This document shows positions 24,468-36,205 of a DNA stretch of 64,000 bases, one piece after another; the stretch's first letter is position 1, and each line of letters starts with the position of its first letter. The notes under the pieces are model-generated. The model was not told the origin of the DNA. It was given only the letters and a program-made list of their open reading frames with translations, and did no database searches. The position numbers and the translations under genes were made by a program. The DNA comes from Ginglymostoma cirratum (Eukaryota), in NCBI GenBank assembly GCA_024137785.1, contig JAHRHZ010000048.1:10448168-10512167 (forward strand). The letters run 5' to 3'.

Positions 24468-24765
24468 GAAATTTTCCCAAACGTCTGGCTTACCACTAAT
24501 CTTTGGCACATTGTATTTTTTTCTCTTTCAATGTGCTGTCGTTCTTAATTTCCATGCCTGGCTCAACCTATTCCTAGAATTCTTCTTTCTCACTGGAATA
24601 TGCCTTTGTTGTGAGTCATGAACTATCTGCTTAAACATCTGCCTTTGTTCTCGAACCATCTCCAGTCTACTCCAGCTGATTCTGCCTTCATTCCTTCGTA
24701 ATTACCCTTAGCTATGTTTAGCGTATTTGTTTCTAAATTCTGAAGTTTCTCTGAAGTGTATCAAG

Positions 24766-24892
24766 GAAAATACAGTGAATGCTAGAAATCTGAAAAAAAC
24801 AGAAAGTTGGAAACTTAGCATGTCTAGCAACACCAGTGGAAAGTGAAACAGTTAACATTTTGACTCCAGCATTGGCAGTTCTTACTGTCTCT
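24766..24892. mobile_element. Fused, decayed PLE-tail fragments in opposite orientations
   Basis: 24766-24860 resembles 46700-46810 (minus); tgactccagcattggcagttc resembles 12383-12403 (plus). Confidence 0.55.
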
Positions 24893-25189
24893 GATTGAGT
24901 CCTGCTTTTGTCTCCAAACGGTAAGATTGCTACAGTTGGGCCTCCCAAAAGTCAGAAATTTACAGATTAGCTTCTGTTCATAAATCACTGCCCCTTCCCA
25001 ACATAGACTTATAAATAGTTGTTTCAAATGTCTGTGGCAAAGTGCCACCTTTTCACCTTTGACACCTCATCTCAGCTGAAGCTAAGAAGACACAGAAGAT
25101 AGTTAATAATTAACATGATTACTTACTCCAAGTTTTCTCCAGAGAAGACAGGAGCAACACATCCTCATTTAAACGTAATATGTAGGTAG

Positions 25190-25310
25190 ACAGAAGTCCT
25201 AGACAGATTTAACAGATGGAATTTTTAAAACGTCACCAGGTACTCTGATATTTATTCCAGAGTGTTAAAAGAGATGAGGGAAATTTTCTGAGGCATTGAT
25301 GATCATTGTG
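25190..25310 (+). mobile_element. CR1 ORF2 internal fragment
   Basis: KTSPG and IYSRVLKEMRE..EALMII resemble KSPGPDGIHPRVLKE. Confidence 0.5.
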
Positions 25311-25449
25311 AGGGAAATGTGCAACACCAAAGCTTGTTTGCCAATAGTTTGAGACACTATCCATTTTGATAAAATTGGACAAAGTAGCTGTAGACCATGA
25401 CAAAGCCTTTAAATGTATATTAACACATTAAAGAATAGAACTAATTTTT

Positions 25450-25840
25450 TATCGAGACTTATAAAATTCTAACAGGACTCGACAGGGTAGATACAGGGAG
25501 GATGTTCCTGATTATTGGTGTTTCCAGAACCAGGGGTCACAGTCTGATAGTTTGGGATAGACCTTTTGGGACGCAGATGAAGAGGCATTTCTTCACCCAA
25601 AGAGCGGTGAGCCTGTGGAATTCATTACCACAGGAAGTAGATGATGCCAAAACATTGAATGTATTCAAGAGACAGCTAGAAATAGCACTGGGGTTGAATG
25701 GGATTAAAGGTTATGGGAGACAGCAGTACTGAGCTATTAAGTTGGATGATCAACCATGATCATGATGAATGGTGGAAACTGCTCGAAGGGTTGAATGGAC
25801 TCATCCTGCTCCTATGTTATATGTTTCTATGTTTCTATGA
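25450..25840 (+). mobile_element. CR1 LINE 3' end
   Basis: IETYKILTGLDRVD..SRTRGHSL..FFTQRAVSLWNSLPQ..FKRQLE; 3' UTR with (TATGTTTC)n tail. Confidence 0.92.
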
Positions 25841-26059
25841 CCTTTTCAGGAAGTAGAATCCTGAGTTCAGTATGCTTCTTGATGGGCTTAGAATTGTTTC
25901 AACTATTGTCTGTACATTAAGCTAATTAAAAGAATGTAATGATGTAAAGGTAAGCAATTGTCCAGAAAAGAAGCTCTGAACTAAAAAAAGACTGTACCAT
26001 AAAGTACATACATGACCTAAGTACGCATGTGATAAGGTCTATTGTCCTAAATTTTTGTT

Positions 26060-26880
26060 GGCCCTTGAAATATCCTTAGGTAGTTCTAACTTCTTTCAGT
26101 GTTTGCCATGTTCATCTGCACTAGCAGGGCACATATTCAAACCTCGGAAATCTTTGACCCCTTTATCTCCAGAGAATCAAGGCAATAATATAGTCCTCAA
26201 ACTTATTAACCTGGTAATGGGATTGAGTTGGCTGCTTCAATGAGCTCCGCAATGTGTGAAGTGTGCGGCCACAAGCATCATTGGCTGTTTTCTCCAGGCC
26301 ATGATGTGTACATCATGGAGTCAGGGTTCTGCCAGCTCCTTCTTCAGCACTTTAGACTCTGGGAATTGGGTGAGGATCTGTTGCATTGGGAAGCCAAACT
26401 GTGTGTCGGGACACAACCTGTCATGAAAATTGGGTCATCTGCAGACAACAGGTGAGTTCAGGGACAGACTGCACATGGAGGTGGGCATTGCTGGGGTATT
26501 GGCCCAGCCATTATAAAGGTAACAAACAGATGCAGACTCTCAAGAGGCCCAGGGTCGCAGAATATATCGGGCATATTTAACCATCGAGAAAATGAACAGT
26601 GTGGCACAATTCAAAAAGAGATTTTGCAAATGAAGGCAGAATGATAACCAATGTTGCAGCTGTTTCTGTTATTTGGGGTGATTGACTGACCACAACTCAG
26701 GACACAGTGCAGAGAGTTAGCTCTGAGCATTCTGATAAGAATAATCCTGATAAATTCACTTGATCGGGACCATTGTACCCTGGCCGTAGATGGTTGCACA
26801 GGCGAATGTCTGTGGAGGACTATGTCTTTGGAACTTGGATGAGTTAGGTTCTGCTGTCAGCTTACCATTGAAGACTATTT
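26060..26880 (+). mobile_element. Probable highly decayed Harbinger remnant
   Basis: aacctggtaatgggattg (about 26208) resembles the reverse complement of about 33255-33275; weak similarity to a transposase N-terminus near 26555-26620. Confidence 0.35.
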
Positions 26881-27889
26881 CCTCAAAGAAGAGAAGCTAG
26901 AATTCTTACTTCAGGAAGTTAAAGTTTGAAGGATTTTGTGGCTGAAACTGGTCCTCAAATTTGCAAATTTGTTAGTCTCTGCAGGAATCATAACATTGCC
27001 TACTTACATTAAAGTAAGTGGAAAGTAAAATCAGGTGCAACGTAAAACAAGTTAGTGATCCAACCTCAAATATTTTCTGCCAAATGGATCAGGATAAAGT
27101 TACATTTCTGCTTTCAGGCAGTTTACAAAAGATATCTGTTCATAAACACTACTGCAGGAAAAAACAGGATTTTGTCTAATGAGGGAAAAAAGACGTGAAT
27201 TTACTTTGATCAGAACAGAATGATATCTTGTTAAACATCTTACTGTAAAGGTGTGATAACTTGCGGCCACAACAGAAATTTGTTGCAACATGTAACAAAT
27301 GAACAGATTTCTGCAATACTTAATTGTTTAACATAAGCTATCAGTTAGGGTACATCTGCAGCTAGGTGGGACTTCAAGATGTCCCGGGATGCCTTGTCCA
27401 ATTGATTCAGGTAGCTTTTCTAACCTCGGATCATTTACAGGTGAGAGGCTGACTCTCTGGCCTCTGCTGGGAATTTATGCCCATCTGTAGCAGTGATTTG
27501 CACAAACAAGCCTCGTGGGCCTGACATAGCAGAAGAAAAGAAACAACTGGCAAATTGCCTGATTAAATGAGGTGCTTGCCATAAAAAATATGTACTTTTG
27601 GCAGTGGGCCCTATGCATGAGAGAACCAGGCCTGGCCTCTCTTCATTTTTCTCCTCAAAATCCCTTTCACCAACCTCTGAATGATGGGCTCCAGAGTTAC
27701 ACATGGAGAAGAATATAAATTTCAGAGATAAAAGTAATATTTAACTTCGACTCATGGGAGTTACTCATCCATAGGAAGAGGTGCTATGTCTTGTCTTTCC
27801 TGATTGTTGAAGAAGCTCTTAAAAGTTTTTTTCGTCAGAAGTCAATGCACTGACAATTAAATTAATTTAACCCTGCAACTGACATTTCT

Positions 27890-28190
27890 TTTATTCAGTC
27901 TTAGAATCTGGGCATTGTTGCCTGGGTAAGCATTTATTGCCTATCTCTGCTTGCTCTTCAGAAAGTGGTTTTGAGCTGCCTTCTTGAACTGCTGTCGTCC
28001 ATTTGTTATAGGTACACCCATAATGCTGTTCAGGAGAGAATTTAAGCAGTCTGACCCAGTGATACTGAAGGAACAGCAATGTATTTCCAAGTCAAGGTGG
28101 TGCGAGTCTTGGAGGGGAACTTTCAGGAGCTGGTGACCCCACACATATCTGCTGCTCTTATCCTTCTACATGGCAGTGGTCCTAGGTTTG
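27890..28190 (-). mobile_element. CR1/L2-group LINE 3' end (second family; SINE partner)
   Basis: SFSITGSDCLNSLLNSIMGVPITNGRQQFKKAAQNHFLK plus short 3' UTR; homologous to 59150-59385. Confidence 0.8.
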
Positions 28191-28741
28191 TAAATTTCTT
28201 TTCCAAATGGTTCTATGGAGATTTCAACAGGCATTTAAATCATGAAATTAGCTGAAAACAAAACCTATTTGCTATGTACGTCATTTTTCTTTTGTAACAG
28301 TTGGCACACACCGCCCCATATCTTCTTGAACAGAATGATACAAAGAACTGTCAATTAAAGGGAATTATATCTTTATTTGAATGTTAGCTACTAAGCATAT
28401 GCAGAAGGAGCAATGTCATAGTGAAATCAGATTATGTGGAACCGGAGCTTAGGTCTGTATGGTTCCGACTAAGATGTCTTTTCTTACCATCTTCTATTCG
28501 GTCTTGCCTGTTATTTCAGTATTGGATACTGTGATGGTCATTAACAATGGGAACTTATGGTATGGGACTGTTGGTGAATGGTATTACATTTGAGTTAGTT
28601 CTTCATGGATAGGTCAGGCAGAAAGCAGCTACCTCAGTTGTTTCCCTGCTTCCTCTCTCTTGTCCAGTCTCCTCCTCCTCATCTTTGATGCTCTTGATTC
28701 TTCACTATTTATCACACAGCTGGTGTGCTTTTTGTAATCCA

Positions 28742-29050
28742 GTATGGGATGAGGGCATTGCTGGCTAAGCCACAATTTATTACCTATCCCTAACTGCCCA
28801 TAACAGTCAACCACATTGCTGTGGAGTCACATGTAGGCCAGAGCAGTTTCGGATGAGAGTTTCCTTCCACAAAAGGACATTAGTGAAACAAATGGGTTTT
28901 TATGACAATTGACGATGGATTCATAGTCATCATTAGACTCTTCATTCCAGATTTTCATTTAATTCAAATTGCACAATCTGCTATTGTGGTATTCGAAGCT
29001 GCGGACCCTGGACATTACCTGGGTGTCTGATTTAACAGCTCAGCAATAAT
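28742..29050 (-). mobile_element. tRNA-derived SINE, near full length
   Basis: Collinear with 62412-62755; B-box-like CTTCGAATAC on the minus strand near 28990. Confidence 0.85.
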
Positions 29051-29659
29051 GAAGCAATCTTCACATATGCATAGCCTGCACACCACAGCCATAAACCTTT
29101 CTCATTACACATCCCTCACCTCTGAGTAGTTACCCTTTGACATGTTAGCTCAAGTGCAGCTGGCAGAGTGAGCTGCAACCAAAAGAAGGCGTTTTCTTGG
29201 CTGTTACCAGGACAGTGGGCATGTCATTCATGATGATTCCTTTCCAGTGCAATATGAGAATGGACTCCCTTTTTGTGTATGGCAGAATTGAAAAGTGGCA
29301 CATGAAAAGTGATACATGAAGTGTAAATAGTATTGAACATTTTGGGACATCCTTCCTATCAAAACTATATACTCTACCTCCTGGTTTCTGGGACAAGAGA
29401 CTGTAATGTATTTGGCTCAATTTGAGTAGATAGCCTCAGGGCCATTCTTAAATAGTTTGGGCCTTTCTCTCCTATTCCCTCAATGGGCTTCGTCCAACAG
29501 CTCGTCCTTCTCTACTTGCCCTCTCCTCACTCTCCAAGTTATGCTATAGTGCAAGTGGAATGCTTACTAGTGCACCCAAGACTAGGAGCTACTAATTTGC
29601 GCAAAAGTTTCATAATCAGTAAAATATTCTTCAGCACCTGCTGCATGACTCTGTTGGTG

Positions 29660-29878
29660 TTGGTTTAGCTCATTTGGCTGGATGGTTGGTTTGTAAAGCA
29701 GTGTGATGCCAACAATGTGAGTTCAATTCACATCACTTGCTGAGGTTAGCAAAAAAAAAATTTCCTTCTCAACCTCTCTCCTCACCTGAGGTATAGTGAC
29801 ACTCAGGTTAAATCACCACCAGTTACCTAACTTTTTAATGAGAGAGCAGGCCAATTGTCTGGTAAGACCTTAGTTACA
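29660..29878 (+). mobile_element. tRNA-derived SINE (different family) followed by a short (CA)n run
   Basis: A-box-like TAGCTCATTTGG, B-box-like GAGTTCAATTC, internal hairpin cctgagg..actcagg. Confidence 0.65.
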
Positions 29879-30819
29879 CACACACACACCACTCTGGTGG
29901 ACATTTGTAGATTGAAAGAAATATCAAAGTACATGTGCAATTATTGTAACATCTAGGAAACACCAACCAAAAAGTAATCCCTCAATAGTTGATAGTCCTT
30001 ATAATTCACGCTGTACTTCCTGCTGTTCATCAAATGGTCAGTGGTCCAAGTTTACGGTTAAAAAATCAGCTAGAAAAATGAACTTCAAAAAGACACAGCT
30101 GGCATCAAATCAGCGTTGTGCTCTGCTGTCTGACTGCCCCTATACAGGGGTTAGCTGTGTATGCACTACCGCTCTCATTAAAATAGTGAGCGGCTTTCAG
30201 ACGCCATTTTAATTCTATGAATAGCTGGTTTTACCAAAAAAAAGGTTGCAACTGAGCCCAATTTCATGTCCAGCTACTCCCCTTTTCATTCAATGAGATT
30301 TTGTGTGGAAAGTGGGCTTTCGCTGTGCAAAGTTACACTGAGGGGTTAAATTGTTTCAAGATGGTTGAAAGCTGTCTTGCTTCAGTCAACAAGGATGACC
30401 TGATTAGGGGAAGAGCGACAAATTATATGGGAATTGGAATGACAGAGCCTGATTGTAACTGGTATTCTATATGTTCACCTTACTATGTAATAAAACAGCT
30501 TTACAACTCCATGATTGTCTCATTTCTTCAAGTAGTTTTTTTCTTTTGTGTTTAAGGTTGGAGAAGTACGCAACTGAAAGACACAATAATCCAGATCAGA
30601 TCACAAAGTAGCTACTGTCATCATATCCAATGAAAATTGGTCTCTTATGATTGATACTGGCAGGACAAATAATCTCTGGGACATGTTAGGAGCAGCCTAT
30701 GCTACCCATTAAAATATCTACAGCAGGCGTTAAACTTGGTACAGCTGTATTGATATGAGTAATCTGAATGCGCCACAATGAATTTTTCATTACACATATT
30801 TTGTAAAAGTTAATAAGTC

Positions 30820-30947
30820 TGTAAGACAAAGAAGGAGAAGTAGGCCATTCAGCCCATCAAGTCTGCTGTACTGTTTAATGAGTTTGTGACAGATCTGATC
30901 ATCCTCATCCTCAACTCCATATTCCTGCCTTTTCTCCATTGCCCTGA
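30820..30947 (-). mobile_element. CR1 3' tail fragment
   Basis: ggagaagtaggccattcagccc..gatctgatc..ctcaactccatattcctgcc is the reverse complement of a CR1 3' UTR. Confidence 0.7.
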
Positions 30948-32579
30948 TGTACAGACCTGTTAAGAAACCCGTAAATAGAGAATATCTTTCCTGGCAATAA
31001 TGTACTATCCTACAGTAGAATTGTAAACTAATACACATTGTGAATTACATGTATATTCTTCATTTCCTTCATTCAAAAATCAACTCCCAACTGTTCCAAT
31101 CATGTAAGAAGAGGTGAATTGGAACTGTTCATTTCAACCTCTTTAATTGGCCACAATAAAGATTTAATGATCATTTTACCACACAAGTATACCTCACTTC
31201 AACCAAAAATACAGTTAACTAGTTCACTAGAAACAAGTAAGGATCTGGTTACAAAGTTTTCTTGATTGAAAATTAGAGCAATTTTATAATTCACTAATCC
31301 TAAGAAAAATAAGAAACATCAAATTCAAATACAAACACGGGTATAATTTTTAAAAGGGTATACTGTCCAGCACAAAAAAGGAGATAAAAGAATAAACAGT
31401 TTAATGTCCTTAGAATATTCATGAAGTATCAGGTGCTAAACTGAAAGTATGGTTGGTTAGGGATATCCTGGATCAAAGATAGTTTTAATATTGAAGGTGT
31501 ACCTGAATTCTTGGTGATCAGATGTTTCTCTCCAGTTGTGATGTTGCCAGGTAATTTTTCCTTAAAGGGGCTTAAAGAAAGAAAGCAAGGGGAAAGAGAG
31601 AGAGGGATTTCTCCATTTCACCAATCCATCTCATTGTTTTTCCAAAAATAGCTCCCAGCAGTACAGCTGATTTTTATAGTCAAATGTTTCTGTTTCTTGT
31701 TTTCACGCTGGTTAATCACTGGTTTGTATTATCTCCTGTGAACTTTTTGTAAAGGTATCTATCAAACAGGAGATACTGATTGGGTTGACTTGCTTTAAAC
31801 TCTGATAATTTATTAACCTCAGCTCAGACGGCTTGTTGTTTATTGATGCCTTCATGAAGCTTGTCTCAATTGTAATCAGCTGATGAATGAAGCCATTTTT
31901 GGTCAGCATTTTCCCCATTGAAACCTGTTCAGGCCATAAAAGTCCAGTAGGTTAGAATCAGATGATAGATGCCAAAGATGATCTGTATTTTATTACAATT
32001 ATGACACAATAAATTAATAGAGAAATAAGAAAGCAATTTTGATTCAGTGCAGTAGTTCTTGCATTGTTCAAATTAGGTTATATCCCCAAAAACTAGATTC
32101 TTCTGGACTTCCTGTTATAATGCTCCAACAATTTTGAAATGAGTGTAAATGAAAACAAAAAAAATTAACTTTGCGACTTATTGATATGGTTTAATGTAGT
32201 CATTGTTAAAATGATATGTTTTGGACCTGAAAACATTCTCATACTTTGCCTTTATTTTTCATTGTTGCAATTTTAGACATTGATGAACAATTTTGCTTGT
32301 CAACAAAGAAGCCAAGCACTTCACCAAATTCTCCAAGGTATGTAGACAAGAGATAAGGTAGAGAAAAAGAAAACATTTGTAGGAAGTCTAGGACGAGGAT
32401 GTGCAACCTACTAATCATCGTCAGACCTTTCAGGAGTGATGTTGTGGAAAAAAAAATTTAAAGCCATCCCCTGAAGTGAGTTTTGAGATGGGAGGGCATG
32501 AGATGAGGTCGGACAGTGCTAGGTAAGTACCCTTCATCATAGGTACCCATAGCTAGAGAAAATCAGCTGTGTTTCTAAA

Positions 32580-33300
32580 TCCTTCACGTGAGCTGCAGCA
32601 TTGAACTCATCATTGTGACTAGTGTGATCTTACACAGACAACATTTGTCCTGAAGCATCTGTGGGTGCACAAGTGAGAGATTCCCCCACAGACCACCTGA
32701 CAATCTCTGGAAGCAGCCAGTCACAGAAAAGTTCAAAGTGGCTGTCATCTTCACACAACCATGGAGAGAGGATGGCCTCTCACTCCTGCAAGTCACCAGG
32801 TCTCGCTGTAGCAGCCAGCATAGTTCTGTCATGGTGTCCCATGGCACAGAATAGTGCTGTAGGCCATACAGAGCCTCTATCAACACTGCACCTTGCTGAT
32901 CCCCTGGAAATGTTTTTGGGGCCAACAAACTTTGGTCCTCCTGCAGACCGCATACATCCTAAGGGACACTGTGGTTGCCACCTCTGCCTAGCTGGGTGCT
33001 CCTCATCCTCCATGGTGATCAGCTGCTGCTCTTGGACTTGCTGCTGGCCTTGGATCTCTTGCATCCACCTTGATATTCTTAGAAAGGCAGCTACAAAGAT
33101 CAATATCTCACCAGCAGCTGGGTGCAGGACTCGCAGAGGAAATGATCTGCCTTGGAAATACAAGAGTTAAGGGCGATTGGAGATCTCAGAAGAGGTTTTG
33201 GTAGAATCTCTGCAGATGAGGGTTGGGCACACTGCTCAATACAATGTGACTTTCTGGATCCCAATAACCAGGCCAATGGTTCCACCATTTATTCAGCTTC
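32580..33300 (-). pseudogene. Decayed PIF/Harbinger transposase, 5' part
   Basis: DTMTELCWLLQRDL..VKMTATLNFSVTGCFQRLSGGLWG matches the HARBI1-like ELCxLL..VKVTxALNFxATGSFQ..GDLxG block and the 9910-10150 copy. Confidence 0.7.
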
Positions 33301-34194
33301 ACCTTCAGAACGAGTGGCAACTTGGTGAAGGTGATGTGCCAACTGAGTGACCAGCACATTACAGCATCCTTGCTGTGCTCCCAACCACTTCTCATCCCAC
33401 ATCCACAACAATCCTTCAACTTTGGATTTTTCAATGCATTCAGTGCATACCAACAGTAGATTTACATTTCAGGTGATGATGCAATGGTTGGCACCTCACA
33501 GCACCCTTGAAGGTTTCAAAAATAATGGTTTGCTTTTGGGCAGGGTTGGCTTGTTTTAATTTATTGCTGCAAACTTCAGCTTTGTTGAGATGCCAATTTG
33601 CAAATACCAGTCACGTAGTGCAAGTTGGCTTTGACCAGTATTTGACACTTAAACTTCACTCTGCATGCATAGCAAATGGTGATGAAATGGTTGCAAATTA
33701 AATGTTGGTGCATTTTGCAAACAGCTGCTTCATGTATTTGCCCCTTCGATGCCCTGTTGTCTAACAAATGTAGATCCTGCACTTTTGCCAATCAAACTGA
33801 CATGGATCCTCCCACCCTGGGCGTTATCCCAGCTATTTTCTAGTCACACTGTGATCTACAGAATGGCAGATATGCAACTCATGTTGGACACAGTCAGCGC
33901 CTGGTTGCCAGGTAGAGAGATTACTTGTCCCCTTATTACCTCAACAGCCCATTTCCATTGTTTCCCCACCCTCTCAATACTCCATGTGGAGACCTATGAC
34001 ATCAAACTAAGCCATTGAACAATATATCCTCCCTGCCCCTTGAACTGGTATGAAATGCAATAGAAAGACAAAAAGTGCAACTAGTTTTGAATATATTTCC
34101 AGAAAAAATACCTAATTTCAAATTTGAGGTCAAAAAAGCATATTCCTTCTTTCCAAAAGATTGTAACAGAATTTAACAGTTATACTAAAATTCA

Positions 34195-34350
34195 ATTATC
34201 TTCTGGCCATCTGTCATTATACTGTTTGTTCCTTTGCTTTATCTTATAGGTAACGTTTACTACATTGTAACAGTGAGTATACATTAACAGCTGAATGACA
34301 TTGCCTCGTGAGGTCACGTAAGGCAGCACACAGATGTTGAGTTGTCTCTT
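34195..34350 (+). mobile_element. DeuSINE-type 3' fragment
   Basis: ctacattgtaacagtgag..gtgaggtcacgtaaggc resembles the tails at 9650-9725 and 36100-36200. Confidence 0.45.
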
Positions 34351-35409
34351 CCCACAGATGATTATAATGGCAAGTGGACATGTGATTGTGGGGTTTATAT
34401 TCTTATGCTAGATTTATTTTACAGGCAAATAAAGAAATAGATCATAACTTATTTATTTTTGATGATATGGGAGGGCAAATTCTTTGCACATTCAGATAAT
34501 ATTCCCTTGATCACAATTTTAATGCAGATATTACGCCAGTTATGAGTTAGCATCTCCACTGCTATAGTGGACAAGGGAATGTATTATGCACTCGTTCCGT
34601 ATTATTAGCAACGGTAACTTCTTGGCTTACATCAGTAAATGATATAACAATTACTCTGTGGATTTAATTAGGGCTGGACTTCCCCCTTAGATCACCTTTA
34701 TTTATCAGAAAATGAATCACTGCAGGATATTCTGTCCCGTATATTCTTAGCAGGCTGTAGCCAGAGGGAGGCAGAAGTTGCCTGTTAAATTAATCAAGGC
34801 AGAAAATATTCAATTCTCTCAATGTTGCATCTTATTGTATATGACCATACTGAACAAGTGCCAAACATCATCCGTCACATTATATCACAAATTAGGGCCA
34901 AATTTAAGTCTCTGGATTGTCTACATTCTCTCTTGATTATTAAATTGCATCTATATCTAGAATACTCGCATAGTTCAATTAAACCATAGCGCTATTTATG
35001 CACATTTTAAATATGTTTAAGTTTTTACAGACAAAATTGACTTGAAATTTAATGCCAAGCATATTTCTGCAATCTTTACAAAAGGTCAGTATGCTTTTCA
35101 ATGTAAAAATCAAAATAAGTGTACAAAAGACTGAAAACATATTTCTCTTAGATATTCAGAAACTCACTTTAATTATATGAATGACAAGTGATCTTACCGA
35201 TAATTTTGCAAAAAATGTTGCAAGGATTACAAGGCAGGAAACTCTGTTTTATACTGATCTGGCTTTTTTTAAAATCAAGAATCAATGGAATTAATGAGTT
35301 TTTCCTTCCTTGTCATGTCACTAGCAAACATGGATTCAAAACAAGAACTTTGTTGAATTCGAATAGATCATTACTGATGCAGTTACTGAAATTATCAGTT
35401 TAGGATTGG

Positions 35410-35570
35410 TACAAAAACAGAAGTTGCTGGAAAAGCTCAGCAGGTCTAGCAACATCTGTGAAGAAAAATCAGATTTAGTGTTTCAGGTCCGGTAATGCTT
35501 CCTCAGAACTAATGACGGCCTTAGTTAAATGTTGCTGATTTACAGCATCCACAGTTCTTTTGGGTTTCTT
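35410..35570. mobile_element. PLE tail with decayed hammerhead (minus) plus terminal tail piece (plus)
   Basis: Minus strand 35510 to 35475 reads AGUU-CUGAGGA..GGACCU-GAAAC; ctgatttacagcatccacag is the reverse complement of the 46715-46732 type end. Confidence 0.65.
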
Positions 35571-35769
35571 TTGTTTTAGTTTCGGATTGGTCCCTGGCTT
35601 TCAATTACATGACGTTGAATATATTGTTAGTTCTGCAGTCTACCCAGGACAACCAGAGTGCTTATATTCCTGTGCACTATTTTGATCATTAACACCAAAT
35701 CCCTAATGTCAAGACCATGACTTATACCAAGATCATGGTTTTCTGTCTGTTAATGTTTTGTTAGCTGTG

Positions 35770-36205
35770 TTTGAGTGATAGCACTTGAGCCTAAAAGTGA
35801 GATCAAGTCTCACTCTAAAGAGCTGAGGACACAATCTAGACTGACACTTCAGTGCAGCACAGAAGGCCTGTGTCAATGTCAGATATACCATCTTTTGGAT
35901 GAGATGCTAAACCAATACTCTATCTGTCCCACAGCTGACTGTAAAACTCCTATGACGTTATGTGAAGTAAATCCACGCAGTTCATTTTCAGTCATGTGGC
36001 CAATATTTACCCGTCAAACAAAAACACTAAAACAGATAATTTACTTCTTAACACAGTAAAGTTTGTGAGAGCTCGCTGTGCTCAATTTGGCTGCCATTAT
36101 TCCTAAATTACAAGTGTAACTGCACTTCAAAAGTGCTTAAGTGACTATGAAAGACTTTAGGAATTCCTGAGGTTTTGAAGAGAACTATTTAAATGCCAGC
36201 CTATT
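35770..36205 (+). mobile_element. DeuSINE-type SINE, near full length, old
   Basis: Decayed tRNA-like head, then gactgacacttcagtgcagcac..ttttggatgagatgctaaacc..tggccaatatttac..cactaaaacagat..gctgtgctcaatttggctgcc..cacttcaaaag..cctgaggt tail. Confidence 0.75.

Noticed and set aside
31103-32007. Possible solo LTR (TG...CA bounded)
   Set aside because: No matching target site duplication, primer binding site or second copy in the window.
32661-33170. Overlapping 114-169 aa ORFs
   Set aside because: Explained by a GC-richer decayed Harbinger transposase; only a short minus-strand block is meaningful.
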